Shown: one piece after another, positions 1 to 12,492 of the stretch
How positions within the stretch are numbered: the stretch's first letter is position 1
Layout: the number at the start of each line of letters is the position of its first letter
Assembly (NCBI GenBank): GCA_964270895.1
Contig: OZ185436.1
DNA length: 64,000 nt
Strand: one strand, 5' to 3'
Source: Podarcis filfolensis
Taxonomy: Eukaryota
Notes under the pieces: generated by a model
Seen by the model: the letters and a program-made list of their open reading frames with translations, nothing else
Database searches by the model: none
What the model was told of the DNA's origin: nothing
Translations under genes and position numbers: made by a program

Positions 1-289
1 ATGCAAACTGGGCCAGAGTGCGCCTCCAATGGCAATGGCCCCCTTGCTATACATTTTCAACTGCCCACACTTAGTTACTGGTGACACATCAATGGCCAGA
101 CAGAAAAAGGCTTTTAGCACTCTCCATTTCAAAAAAGTGTCCCTGCCCAATTGCCTAGTGTTATTTCTTCCTAACTATGTCTACCTACACAAGAAGGTAT
201 TTATAAGCCTCACTTAAAATGTACCCATGCATTTTATGTCAACCAACTTGCTTTCCGATGTCAGTGTCCAGAACAAGACATAAATGGTA

Positions 290-367
290 AGCGGCTGGGA
301 AGTGGCTGGGGGAAACCCAACCAGATGGGCAGGGTATAAACAATAAAACTATTATTATTATTATTAT
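290..367 (+). mobile_element. L2-type LINE extreme 3' end with (ATT)n tail
   Basis: gcggctgggaagtggctgggggaaacccaaccagatgggcagggtata followed by ATT repeats. Same motif as at 7376 and 12378. Confidence 0.6.
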
Positions 368-419
368 GAATAAGTCCCACTTCTGCTCTACTTTCCTTCT
401 ATCCTGGAAACATCTAGCA

Positions 420-1257
420 ATGACCGCTCCCCGCTTAAAACGGGGGGCGCCCTTTGCGTGGACGCGCACAGCCCCTAGATCTGGAGCAGCTCCAACAGCA
501 TAGGCTTGGCTTTGCCTTCCCTCAGGTGGGATACCTGGAGGTCTCCGCCTACCTCAGTCAGTTGTCCAATCCCTCCTGGGGGAAGTGTTGCCAAGGAGAC
601 CAGGCCAGGTAGGAGAGGGATTACCTGCCCACACAATAGAGGGAGGATCTTACCTGGGAATCCTCACTTGGCTCCAGAGCTTCTCCCACCCTACCCACCC
701 TCAGTTAATGGCTTATTTTGCAGGTTAACTTTTCTTCACAGGTATGCGGGCACTGCTACGTTAAGGTCGCTGTTAAAGGGCCGGAAAGGAATTTCCCTGC
801 ATTGGCAGGTTTCGCCTTTCCCGTAGCAAAACGTCACAACTTTGGCGGTATCAGGGCTTGGGCGGAATCCTTTAGTCCATCTTCCTCTTTGCGGCAGCGA
901 TACCAGGGTTCCCCGTTAAAGGGGTTTCTGAAGGGAGGCTTTGACCGTACGCCGAAAGGTCGTCATTGCTCTCCCCTGCAGCGGCGGCGTAACGGGGGCG
1001 GCTATCTCTGCTTGAACATATGTTCTCCAGAGCCGCCCATCCCCCCCACACACACTGGATAACCCTGATGCTCCCTAGGTCCCCGGCTGGGGACTGGGGA
1101 GGGAGAACGCCCAATGCCTGAGCCAAGGTCTACCCACATTTGAAATTTAATAAAGTTGTGGCCAATTTAATTCCATAGCACGTTGTCTTGAGTCGTTATT
1201 CCACATGACGGGGGGGACCGCTCGGGATCTGGGGACTCCGCCTGTCCACGCAATACA
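420..1257 (+). mobile_element. Solo LTR-like element, CpG-rich
   Basis: AATAAA at 1149-1154 and a CA end near 1257. Shares the block cccaatgcctRagccaa...aataaagttgtggc with the inverted copy at 46460-46730. The 5' boundary is not defined. Confidence 0.5.
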
Positions 1258-3222
1258 AAATTTGCAAATGATGCTTCTATCCACTGTGAATTGCCCCATC
1301 ACATATGCAGAGCTAATGATGTGAAGTACAGACAAGGAAACCTGCAGTGTTTTGCATTATCACATTTTACCAAGCAAGGAACCAGATTTATTAGCTACTG
1401 TCCATTAGCTTTTCTTCGGAAGGTTTAATTCAGTTTTTTGTTTTGTTCAGTGGAGGATGCTCTTACCTAAGACCATATCCCACACTTAGTGAAACTGAAA
1501 TGTCATGTCTGGCATGCCTTACCCTACAAACTGCCAAGAATAATGGTTCTTGGAATATGTTAGCTAGATGAGAGGAATTAGACATATACAGCAACTTGGA
1601 TCAACTTGTACCAAGCCACTTGTGATTTATGTCAATGCCAACCATCTGCCACCATCCTCCAATTATAGAATCAGGGTGTCCTGCAGTGCAAAGCATCATT
1701 AATAGTCAAAGAACTATTAAATGAACTTTAAGTAGGACTTTAGTTTCTGGCACTCTATCCAAACATTTGTGCCAGCAAATCTGCTTGCAATGACAGGGGA
1801 ACATTCCTGTGATGGCCAGTATAGCATAATGTGTGATGTTGCCCTGATAAAGACAACATTTTGTTTGGCTGCAAACCTTATGTCTGTAAGGTTTTTGGAG
1901 ATGCCAAATATACTACACCCAAGTTATCTGGCAATAAAATGGTGTAACTCCATTTTCTAAGTACCAGTCAAAAATAATGTAACTTGTATTTTAAAAATGT
2001 CTACAAAAATTGGACTTGTGGGCTTTTCTTAATATGCTTATTATCATCCTGTGAGACTGTTTTCCTACTGGGAAAATAAGAAGAGAAAATTATTGAATTG
2101 GCATGGACTTCAAACGACAAGACCAGGAAATGGGTATTTAGTCTACAAAGCAGGAACTAAGTACTGTTGAAGAAAGGAGACGCAGCAATTCAAGAAATCT
2201 TAAAATAGCAGCAGGAGGAGATTAAGCACACTGTACAATTTTCTCAAAAATCAAAATAAGCTTAACCCCATGCAACAAACATTTATATTACCCAGTGGCT
2301 TAAAGTAGTATTTTACATCAACACCTCTGTCCTATGAACATTATTCAGCTGTTTACTAGGAATCGCTTTCCAAGTTGCAACAGATAGCAGCAATCCATGG
2401 TCCTATGCACTCACCTGAGCTTCCTCACATCTTTCTGATTCAGAAGCCCCTTCCCCTGCCAAACTGCATTCAAGCTTCCTTTCACCTAATAAAAGCCACT
2501 TTGTGGTTCAGGGGGAGAGCCGCTAACAAAAAGGATTTACAAGGCACCAGATGCACATGCAAAACCTTCCTGAATGTCTATTAGCAGCTTATCCACAATG
2601 CAGTCAATATACATTGCAATAGGCTGGCAAGATAGTATGAGTGGGGGAAAAACATTTTTATGCTAAGGATCTCTCTCAACTCTCATAAAACATCTCTTGA
2701 AATAAAACCAGTCATGTTACTTGCATACACTCCTACAGTGTGGCCGTCATCAAGCTGTATTTTACAGCACCCTATCAGCTGGGTGGCTGACAAGGAGAAT
2801 AGCACTACAATAAATCTGAAGTACAGGAATGTGCCTGAAATGAAGAACATTTTCAAAAGTTCAATTTCCCCCTATTTTTCCAAGAAATTAAAGGTCTGAC
2901 ATCTGAAAATGTCAAAGGAAGAAAGTAACAAACGATAGCCAGCTCTGTAATCTATCCCAAGATGCAATGATTAAAAAGTGAGCATGTTATGGCTGCTGCC
3001 TCTGTCTCTTTATCTAGCTACCAACAGAGTACTTAGACTGAGTGCAACCCAGCCTCTCCCGGCTTCCTTCCCTCTTGCTTTTTTCCAGATATCAGGCCCT
3101 GGCCAAGCTTGGAGTCAGGCTGCCACTTGCCCATCCTGGTACAAGCAGACTGAGATCCAAAGGGCCAGAGGTAGATAACATAGCCAAGGAAAGACAAAGG
3201 TCATGTTCCACATCACATAAAC

Positions 3223-3582
3223 CAGGGATGTCCAACAAGGTTGATCGGGATCGACAGGTCGATTCCCGGGAGGTTCTGGTCGATCGCAGGGTCCTTTTCC
3301 TTTGCTTTTGCCTAAGAGCATCTGCCCCTGCTCCCTCGCCCCGCCCTCCGTTTCCACATAATCGCTTGAACGGGAGACGTAGTTTTGGCTATGAGGCAGA
3401 TTGTTTCCATAGCGATCTTTTGGTGAGTGACTAAACCCCTTTTCCCTTTACTGTAGTCTTGACATTTCCCTCCCTAAAAAAACCTCAGCAACTTTGGCCT
3501 GAAACACCCCCCCCCCAAAAAAAAGGGGTAGATCACTGATCACTGCCAGTATTTTTTTCCTCTCAGGAGTTGGACGTCCCTG
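3223..3582. mobile_element. hAT MITE, 360 bp
   Basis: TIRs cagggatgtccaac / gttggacgtccctg and a perfect 8-bp TSD acataaac. Confidence 0.9.
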
Positions 3583-4724
3583 ACATAAACCAATAGCAAG
3601 GGCTGGATGCAGGTCACAGACAGGCTGGTGGTAGCATAAACACACTGGACAGATGAGGCAAGGACAGGCAAGAAGAGAAGCCTGCATAGCTATTGAGCAC
3701 AACATGTTGCTCAGACTCAAACAAGTGATACAGAGTCAAACATGCATCCATTGGTTCCTTAAGCCATCTGGCTTGGCCACAATGATGAGCTGCATTATCA
3801 TTTCAAGACATTACCAGGTAGTGTCAAGAAACTACTTCAGTCTCCAGAAGCTACTTTAGTGGCACTGGGAATATAAAGCACTTGGGCCCTGCTGCCAAGA
3901 GCCCTCAGCAGTTTGAGTCCCACACTGCCTTACAAAAATTGTGGAGAGGCACATGAAAGCAGCCACTAAGTTTTGCACTATGGAGAAATGGCACAGAGTT
4001 GGTGGCAGCAAGCAGTCCTGGCCCCCCTTTGTACCTCCTGGATTAAAGTACTGGAGACAAGAAGAGATCCATAAATAGGGTATGTGTTGTGACCCACCAC
4101 TGGAAATTTTGCAGTTTGGCTGAGGACTCGGATGAGGACAAGTTTTGTGCGGTTTCCTCGAGGGAAGAACCGCCGGTACCTTACTTTGGGCCCTCCCAGC
4201 TAGAGAAGACAGCCTTGCCACCAGTACATCTGCCTCAGAAAATGAGGCACTACCTCTGTCTGCCCAGACTTGTAGAAGCTAAAGGCTACAAGATAAACCC
4301 CCTTGCTTTTTTTAAACCAACAAACTTAACTAAGTCTAGTGCTTTGGCAGCTTGCCAAAGGGGAAATGTTGCAAATTAAGACGGTAAACAAGAAAACAAG
4401 AGTTTGGTAGTGACAAAAGCTGTTGACTCAATTTATATATTTAAAAAGAGACAAATTTGCTTGTTGCAAAATACGTCGCTATTGGTCTTGCATTTTAAAG
4501 CTATAAGTACTTTGCAATCTTAAACAAGTTCTATAGATGTCAATGTCTAAGTATAAATTACAGCCCAGGTTCTTTTGGGAGTATATAAATCAAATCAATA
4601 TATAAATGACATGACATGACATCTGGAAAAAAACAGCTGACTTCAGTTTTCTTTAAAGAAGTACGTGCATGCCCCAGTAGAAACAGAAATTGTTCCAATA
4701 GCCCTATGCCCTGGAGAGATTTAC

Positions 4725-4827
4725 CTCAGCGAGTGAGCTGGGGCACCCACAATAGATTTACGGGAAGTTTTTTGTTCAATGAAAGAGTCTTCATCCAGAG
4801 GCTTGCTTGCAGCCGAACCAGGAGAAC
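4725..4827 (-). CDS. CFAP92: Probable CFAP92 exon 6 (GSPGSAASKPLDEDSFIEQKTSRKSIVGAPAHSL)
   Basis: Acceptor gtatgttacag|, open in phase 1, donor GAG|gtaaat. No recognisable homology, and no phase-2 downstream exon was found in the window. Confidence 0.45.
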
Positions 4828-5134
4828 CTGTAACATACACAATACTAATTAGGGCTGCACTGTTCGATTAACTGGTCATAGGTTAATTAATTTAAAAAGC
4901 ACTTAACTGACTAAAAGTAAAAGTTTTTATTTTATTTATTAAAGTTCTACACCACCCTTCACCTGAGGATCACAGGGCAACTTACAATATAAAAACACAA
5001 AGATAACAAACAAAAAAAGAACCACTAATTAATATGGAAGACATTTTTAATGATGATGATGATGATGATGATATAATAATAATAGTACATCTAAAACCAG
5101 GAGTTGGAAAGCACCATTGTAAAGAGGCATTCTT

Positions 5135-5285
5135 ATGGAAGGCCCATAGTTCAGTGGTAGAGCATGTGTACTGATGAAGAAAGTCCCTGGTATTTTCAGG
5201 TAGGCTTGGGAAAGACTCTTGTCTGAAATTCTGGAGAGCCGCTGCCAGTCAGCATGATGATACTGAACTAGATGAACCAATGGTC
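5135..5285 (+). mobile_element. Degenerate tRNA-derived SINE
   Basis: A-box-like atagttcagtggtagagc, then ctggagagccgctgccagtcag...ctagatgaaccaatggtc. Related to the copy at 35671. Confidence 0.6.
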
Positions 5286-5803
5286 CTCTCTTAAATAGGA
5301 GAGAATGTATTTTCTAAGATGTTGCCTGCTGTGAGACAGGGCGCATTTTCTCTTTGAAACTAGAATTATCCCCTTTTATATTTTCAAATTTCTCAACTGA
5401 GAGTTAAATAATGTCTTTTCTTCGTGAGTTACCTTTAGAAAACTCAAGGTACACAAAATTTATCTGAACAGTTCTTGAGTCATCTCCAACCAACTGAGCC
5501 CTTGTGTCCCAGCCCAATCACTGGGATCATCTTGAAGATCACCGCGAGTTGCCCCCCGTATTACAAAGGCCCAACTGGCCTCAGCCAGAAGTCAGGCATT
5601 TAGTCCCTGGCTGTGGAACACTATTCCAGAAGTCATTCAGCAAGCATTCTCACTTGTGACTTTCAGACTTTTGAAGACTTTACTGACTACAGGCCTCTGC
5701 AGTTGTTTACAATTTTCTTGAACAGCCCATTTTTAAAATTATTGTTCTGTATTGGTTTTGAATGTTTTTATGTTGATGATGTGTTGCAAGAGAATGGCAT
5801 ATA

Positions 5804-6964
5804 CCGTATTTTTCGCTCTATAACACGCACCTGACCATAACACGCACATCGTTTTTAGAGGAAAACAAGGGGGGAAATTCTGAAGAAAGAGTGGATGTAT
5901 CATTTTTGTGCCTCATGCTGTGGTCACAGACATGTGATCTGATGGTGAATTTGGGGTGACCCAATGCAAAAATCCTGAGAATCCCTGTGGAACTGTGCTT
6001 TGTAACCACGTTTTTGCACCACTGTGGCCCCAGGCAACAGTGGGTGCGTGATTTTTTTGGTGCAGGCTGTAGCCATGGACATGCTATGTGATCTGATGGT
6101 GAATTTGGGGTGACCCAATGCAAAGATCCTGAGGATCCATGTGGATCCATGCTTTGTAACCACGTTTTTGCACCATTGCGGCCCCAGGCAACAGTGGGTG
6201 CATGATTTTTTGGTGCAGGCTGTAGCCATGGACATGCTATGTGATCTGATGGTGAATTTGGGGTGACCCAATGCAAAGATCCTGAGGATCCATGTGGATC
6301 CATGCTTTGTAACCACATTTTTGCACCACTGCAGCCCCAGGCAACAGTGGGTGCGTGATTTTTTTGGTGCAGGCTGTAGCCATGGACATGCTATGTGATC
6401 TGATGGTGAATTTGGGGTGACCCAATGCAAAGATCCTGAGGATCCATGTGGATCCGTGCTTTGTAACCACGTTTTAAGTGGGGAGGGAAGGAAAAACACA
6501 GAAGGGACAAGGAGCACGAGAGGGGTGTGCAGAGAAGCAGCTGGCTAAGAATGCAGGAGAGGGGTTTAATGGGAGGGAGGAAAGGAAGGCAAAAGTTTCC
6601 CCCCACCCAGCCACCCAAGCCAGCCCTCTCTCTCTCTCCCACCTGCATGTTTTCCGGCTGCCTGCAAGTCCCTAAAATGCTTCCCTGGACGCAGCAGCAC
6701 GGAATGGTTGCCTGGAGGGGAGGGGATTTGCCTGCTCTTTGTTCGGTTTGAGCAAACAGCAACCGAAACAGAAGCGGGTGGGCAGTGAGACCCTGAGGCA
6801 GAATGCAGGAAAGCAACAGCTTCCTCTCTCACACGACTGGATTTTTGCCTGATTTTTGCCCCTGCGCTCCGGACAATCAGCTCCAGGGACCACGCATTCG
6901 CACAGACATTTCCCCTTACTTTTTAGGAGAAAAAAATCTGCGTGTTATAGAGAGAAAAGTACGG
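5804..6964. mobile_element. TcMar/Tigger-like non-autonomous element with internal tandem array
   Basis: TIR ccgtatttttcgctctataacacgca at the left end, degenerate inverted copy at the right end, TA on both flanks. Confidence 0.85.
5933..6475. repeat. About 3.5 tandem copies of a 153-154 bp unit
   Basis: tgtgatctgatggtgaatttggggtgacccaatgc starts at 5933, 6087, 6240 and 6394. Confidence 0.95.
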
Positions 6965-7375
6965 TAAATACTTCCACAAATAAATAGGAGCAATTGTAAA
7001 TGAACAATTTACAGATACATACTTCATTGATGCAAAGGAGGCATTTGACAGAACTGAGTGGAAGTACCACGTGAAAATTATGGAAACACTTAAAACTGGA
7101 ATTAATCTTTAAAAATGAGTGAATTATTTTACACAACTCCAAAGACAAGGTGGTTGTTAATGGAAATATAATCACATTAATTCTCTGCAACAATGTCATT
7201 TGTCTCCACCTTTACTTGCTTTAGTTACAAAACTCTTGGTAATGAGCTGGGATGGATCAGAGTATAAACGGAGTTAAAATGGGAGAGCAAGAGTGCCCCC
7301 CATGAAGTAAGGTGTGGTGGGCGATTGCAGAAGGTGATAGCAGCCAAACTTTGGAATATCCTCTCCAGATAAATA

Positions 7376-7398
7376 CAATGATGATGATGATAATAATA

Positions 7399-7443
<45 letters not shown>

Positions 7444-7768
7444 TTATTTATACCCCGCCCATCTGGCTGGGCCTCCCCAGCCACTCTGGGCGGCTTCCAT
7501 AGAAACCAAAAATACAGTAAAATATCACACGTTAAAAACTTCCCTTAAGATGTCTTCTGAATGTCAGGTAGTTGTTTATTGCTTTGACATCTGCTGGAAG
7601 GGCGTTCCACAGGGCGGGCGCCACTACCGAGAAGGCCCTCTGCCTGGTTCCCTGTAGCTTTGCTTCTCGCAATGAGGGAACCGCCAGAAGGCCCTCGGCA
7701 CTGGACCTCAGCGTCCGGGCAGAATGATGGGGGTGGAGACGCTCCTTCAGGTATACTGGACCGATGCC
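7376..7768 (-). mobile_element. L2 LINE 3' fragment (ORF2 C-terminus, 3'UTR and ATT/ATC tail)
   Basis: Minus-strand translation GIGPVYLKERLHPHHSARTLRSSAEGLLAVPSLREAKLQGTRQRAFSVVAPALWNALP...FRRHLK is typical of L2 ORF2. The microsatellite tail is at 7376-7443. Confidence 0.85.
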
Positions 7769-8214
7769 ATTTTGTAGCCAGAAAGATCTTATTTTCCCAG
7801 ATTTTTAAATCTGTTTTAGCTTTAATCTGTTTTTACTTTCTCCACAATTTTCATGTTTATTTTTATTGTTACTGAACCTTCAATAGTTATGAGCTGCTAT
7901 CAGAACTGCGCCATAAAAGAGACTATAAAATAATATCTTGGATCTGGTCAGAGTTTGTCTCCCACAAATGAAAGGCATCCTTCTCTCTGCAGAAAGCTGT
8001 TGATCCAGTGGAGAAATGCCTCTGATGGAGGAAAGGAGGAGAAAATTTTGGCTGATTCCTGAAGGGGCTACAGATCTGCTCCAGAGGGTTGGGAAAGCTC
8101 CCCGCCCCCAAATAACATGGAGATGGCACTGGGGGAGTAGGCAAATCAGCGAAAGACATCTCTACTTTTCCAACAATAGGAGCAAGTCTGGATCCAACCC
8201 ACTGTTGTTAAATA

Positions 8215-8456
8215 CAGTGGTACCTCTTGTTACGAACGCTTCTTGTTATGAACGCTTCAGGTTACGAGCTCCGCTAACCTGGAAGTAGCTGCTCCTGGTT
8301 GCAAACTTTGCCCCAGGATGTGAACGGAAATTGCGTGCCAGAGGCGCACACGCAGCAGGAGGCCCCATTAGCAAAAGCACCCCTCAAGATAAGAACGGTT
8401 TCAGCTTGAGAACGGACCCCCAGAACAAATTAAGTTTATAACCAGAGGTACCACTG
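8215..8456. mobile_element. TcMar MITE (CAGTGGTACCTC TIR family)
   Basis: TA|cagtggtacctc...gaggtaccactg|TA. Confidence 0.9.
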
Positions 8457-8563
8457 TAACATGTTATACAAGTTCAAAGGACAATGAAGGCTGAAACAGT
8501 GAGATGGCTCATAGTTTCTGTTGAACAGTCACATAATGTAGCACCATGTTCATACTACTGTAC

Positions 8564-8689
8564 CTGTTATAATGCCAATTGCTGACTTCTCTGATATGGG
8601 GGACACTTCTGGTGGTTTAATTTTTGTGTAACTGGCTTTGGGTTGACATTGTTCCAAGAAGTTTCTTTGAAGCGAAATCATATTCTTTA
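8564..8689 (-). CDS. CFAP92: CFAP92 exon 5 (VKNMISLQRNFLEQCQPKASYTKIKPPEVSPISEKSAIGIIT)
   Basis: Long pyrimidine tract ending tgtacag|, open in the required phase 1, donor CAG|gtacag. Resembles human EVRHLVLNQRKLSEQ. Too short to appear in the ORF track. Confidence 0.8.
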
Positions 8690-9632
8690 CTGTACATTGA
8701 GGAGAGGAAAGGTAAGAAGAAATTACATTCAGGACTCATGAGCTTGTTAATATGTAGTTACCTTGTCATGTTCTCATTCATTTATTAGGCCATAGTCAAA
8801 AATAAAACTATGGCTTACTATGAATGAGAAGTTTGCTGGTTTGTTCCTATCTTACTACTCAGAGATGCTGTTTGTGTGTGTTGGGGGGGGGCACAAGCCC
8901 TGGTTCACTCATAATACTAAGCCAAGCCTTCTGGTTGTTTCTTCCAGACAGTAGAGCAAAAGCAACTGTACCATGTTTTATTTCTGAATATGGATTAATG
9001 TTATATGTGAAGAAGGCCCAGTATCCAGTTTTTCTGATTCACCTTACAAAGCAATCATCCCTGAAGCCTACCAGGCTATGTTCCCAACAAAACCCTAAAT
9101 AAGAACAGAAGCTTTCTGGGGGGGTAAAATATATCTATACTAGCAAAGACTCAAGAGTTCACGAACAGATATTTGCATGGGAGGCAAGTATATTGGGTAT
9201 TCAGGAGCAGAATGGAGGAGGAATCCGTTTTAAAACTGATTTTACACATGGAATCTGGCAGTTCCGAATTCTGCAACTTGCAAGAGACCATCAGCACCTG
9301 TGGAGGAATCTCTTTTCTCATAAGGTTTTAGAAGAAAATTGGACAAAATCTGAAAGGAGTATTTCAACTGATTTGGATGGGGCGTCAATATAGTCTTGCA
9401 TCTAGGCAGTGACTAAACTGAGACCAGCTCAGGGTTAACCACAGCAGCCTGTGCCCTCCAAGGACATTCTTCAGTTATTTTAAAAAAAAAACAACCCTGC
9501 AAAATGGGAGGAAAACCCATTTCAGCAATGTCACAAATCCATCACTGCACTGAGTTGGAAATCCAAACTGCTAATTCCTTTATCTGCACATAGTGTTTAT
9601 AAAATATTTTGTTACTTAAATACTCTGCTTAC

Positions 9633-9840
9633 CTTCAAGAGATCCTTGATCCGATGGTGGTGCAGCAGCCTTTGCTTTACTATACTTGGCTTTTGAACAA
9701 ACCTTATCCTTGGTGTCCCATAATCTCAGCTTTATACTATGATCTCTTAGCTTCATTAGGAAGTCGGTGGTAACATTAATTTCAACACTATGATTCCATG
9801 ACACCCATATCTGGTCGTGTTCAAGCCATGGTCTCACAAC
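9633..9840 (-). CDS. CFAP92: CFAP92 exon 4 (VVRPWLEHDQIWVSWNHSVEINVTTDFLMKLRDHSIKLRLWDTKDKV...)
   Basis: Matches recalled human TVKPWHEGDKAWVSWEQTFNITVTKELLKKINFHKITLRLWNTKDKM. Phase-0 acceptor, donor GAAG|gtaagc (phase 1). Confidence 0.92.
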
Positions 9841-12377
9841 CTATTTTTTTTTTATTTAAAAAACAAACACACGCAGATTGTTTAAAAATAAATAAATTAG
9901 GGGCCACAATTATTCTTTCTGCATTTCAAAAGAAACTTAAGATGTATAAACTGGGCAACTTACAGGGGTTGCCAAGAACTGCTGTCCCTTCTTTAGTACC
10001 CACCAAAGCCCTCCTGGACATCCTGGTTTTTGGTGCTTTTTATTTTATTTTACCCTCCAATTGCTCCACTCTATCCCCCATTTTCCCACATTATGTCTCT
10101 GGGCTCCATGTGACACAGAAGCACACAAAGGAAGGGAGAGTGGTCAGAGTTGCCAAAGGCCTGGCCTTTGCTATCCTGCATGAGGGCAGCCCAATTTACC
10201 TTTTTTTTTTAAAAGGGGGGCTGGGACAAAAAGGGACTTCAGCATCATAAGCAGGGAGTTGTTGTGGGTCAGTGGAGTGTGGCGGAAGAAAACCTGTAGC
10301 AGGGGGGAGTAACAGAAGCCAAGCAGCATTTTTACCTATTGTCAGCATCAGTATCCTAGAGCTTTGCCTCCATTGCAGGCCTGAATTTGACTAGGCCCAC
10401 CTTGCATTGCAAAAAGAGGTCTTACTGAACCAAACGGGTCCTTTTCTATATTGTAAATTGCAGGTTTGGGAAGGGAGCCAGTTTGGATTGAGACCATAGT
10501 GGGAGGCCAGAAAGTTAAAGGCCTTTTACTCCCCATGTCCTAACCCGAATCAGTCCTCAATTTTTGAAAATTTCCTTTCCAAAAAAAAAAGCAAAGAAAA
10601 GGGCCCTATTTGATTCAATGGGATATCACCATCAGGAGCATGTGAGTGAGTGAAAGATCCCTGATTTTCCAGGTGCGGGGGAGGAGGAGGACAGTGCAGA
10701 GTAATGGAGGATTTTATCTTGTATATGGTTGCAACGTGGTGTGGCTTGTAGTTCTGCAGGAATGTGATTGCTGGAGTGTGGGGTGGGTATGATCTTTATG
10801 TGAGGAGCATTCCATTTCAGGGTCAAACAGTAGTTTGGGCCTCGGACTCAACCTCTACCTTGTTTTATGGGAAAGCCATTTCACCTTTGTGACTGGGCAA
10901 TAGCCTTTTGCGACTTGTAGGGCTCCAACAGCAATCATTTTGTGGTGGCGCCCACAATGGTTTTTCCAAACATGCTTACAAGCCACAAAAAGCCTGACAA
11001 CTTTACTGGAGCTTGAAAATATATTGTATGAAACACCAAAACATTAAAGAGAAGGAATAATGAATTTTTTAAAGTGTTAGTTATTCCTCCCCTTGCCACC
11101 AACTGGAAAGACATAAAACTGCAATATTTTTAACCATCAAAATCCACATTAAGATTGAGCAGGGCTAAAAAAATTGAATTCTCTCAAAATATTGAGTCAT
11201 ATCTTACTATGAAGGTTGTGTTCTGGTGACTTGCCTTCACCCAAAACTATGATTCATAGCCATCTGAAGCTGCCTTATACCTATGAGAAATCCCACTTTT
11301 CCTGCTGTGCTCAGATCCTGTGAATTTTATGTTTGCAAAACTAAAGCTGAAGTTCATGGGATCATAATGAGGAAAATGTACTGGTTTGGATATGCAGGAG
11401 AGAGAAAATATATTCTAAGGGGTAGGAGCAAAATACGGTAGAGTCCAAAGTCCAATAGCATTTGCCATCTTATTCCACAATTTTACCATTTTCTTGCTAT
11501 ATTTGGAGATCAGCTGTAGCAAATGAACAAAGAGACAACATCTTGTTGGAGGGAAGTAGGGAAGAGAAGCATTTTTCAACAGTTCCCTCTGCAGCCTTCT
11601 ATCCTAATTCCCATGCTATTCCAGACGATACTCCAACCCTCTGGAGCAGCCTCTCAGGAGCGCAAGAGGAAGGGGAAATCGGCAAGTCACCTTCGCTCCC
11701 CACTTTCCTCCAGGGAATAGTCCTATATAGTACACAGTGATATCATTATGATTTCATTATTGCCTGACGAGAGCCTTTGGCAATAGGTATTGTGTGATGT
11801 CATAACAAAACGCTATCATTAAGAAAGCAATGTTCGTTAAGAGAAATTACGGCGCTCTCTAGTCTCACTGCCAATAGCCAAATATAATCAGCAATTTCTT
11901 GGAATGGAACATGGCGCTGGCCACATCTTTCTAGCTCAGCATCAACGGAACAGTTGTGATTAAATGGCGCCACCACATAAGAGAGTGTTCTGCCACCATC
12001 CTTGAGTACAGGCCAACAGGATAGCAAGCTCCTGCATTCTCCACCTCAGATTTAGCAGGCATAAACTCATTTCTACAGCTGTCTTACAATCTTATACGCA
12101 CTCACTGAAATATGCAGCGCGGATGCCTTTTTCGACTTGGGCCGCTCACTGTCTTTTGGAGTCCCTGGCTGATATAGTGAATAGGAAGAAAGAAGCAAGA
12201 GCAAAGGAAAGGAAGAGACAGGGGAAATGTAAAAATGTAAAGAGGTACAGCAGCATGTTTCAGTTACGCATCTCATACAAACTACACTACAAGAGCTTTC
12301 CCTTCCCAACAACACCCCTCCAAAGCATTCACCACTCTAATCTTTCCCAAAACCTATATGGCCTGTACGGATTCTCC

Positions 12378-12441
12378 CAAAGCCTCCCAGAGTGGCTGGA
12401 GCTGCTCAGAGTGGCTGGGGAAACCCAGCAGGATGGGTGGG

Positions 12442-12472
<31 letters not shown>

Positions 12473-12492
12473 CATCATCATCATCATCATCA
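12378..12492 (+). mobile_element. L2 3' end with (ATT)n(ATC)n tail
   Basis: cagagtggctggggaaacccagcaggatgggtggggtatt followed by a trinucleotide tail. Confidence 0.65.

Noticed and set aside
1990-2068. Strong minus-strand acceptor in phase 2 (RKTVSQDDNKHIKKSPQ)
   Set aside because: No credible donor before the in-frame stop.
5310-5397. Phase-1 CFAP92 exon candidate (VEKFENIKGDNSS...)
   Set aside because: Reaches TAG without a GT donor.
5818-6517. 166-aa and 197-aa ORFs with internal repeats; superficially CRISPR-like periodicity
   Set aside because: Translation of the 154-bp tandem units. The units are contiguous with no unique spacers, and the context is eukaryotic.
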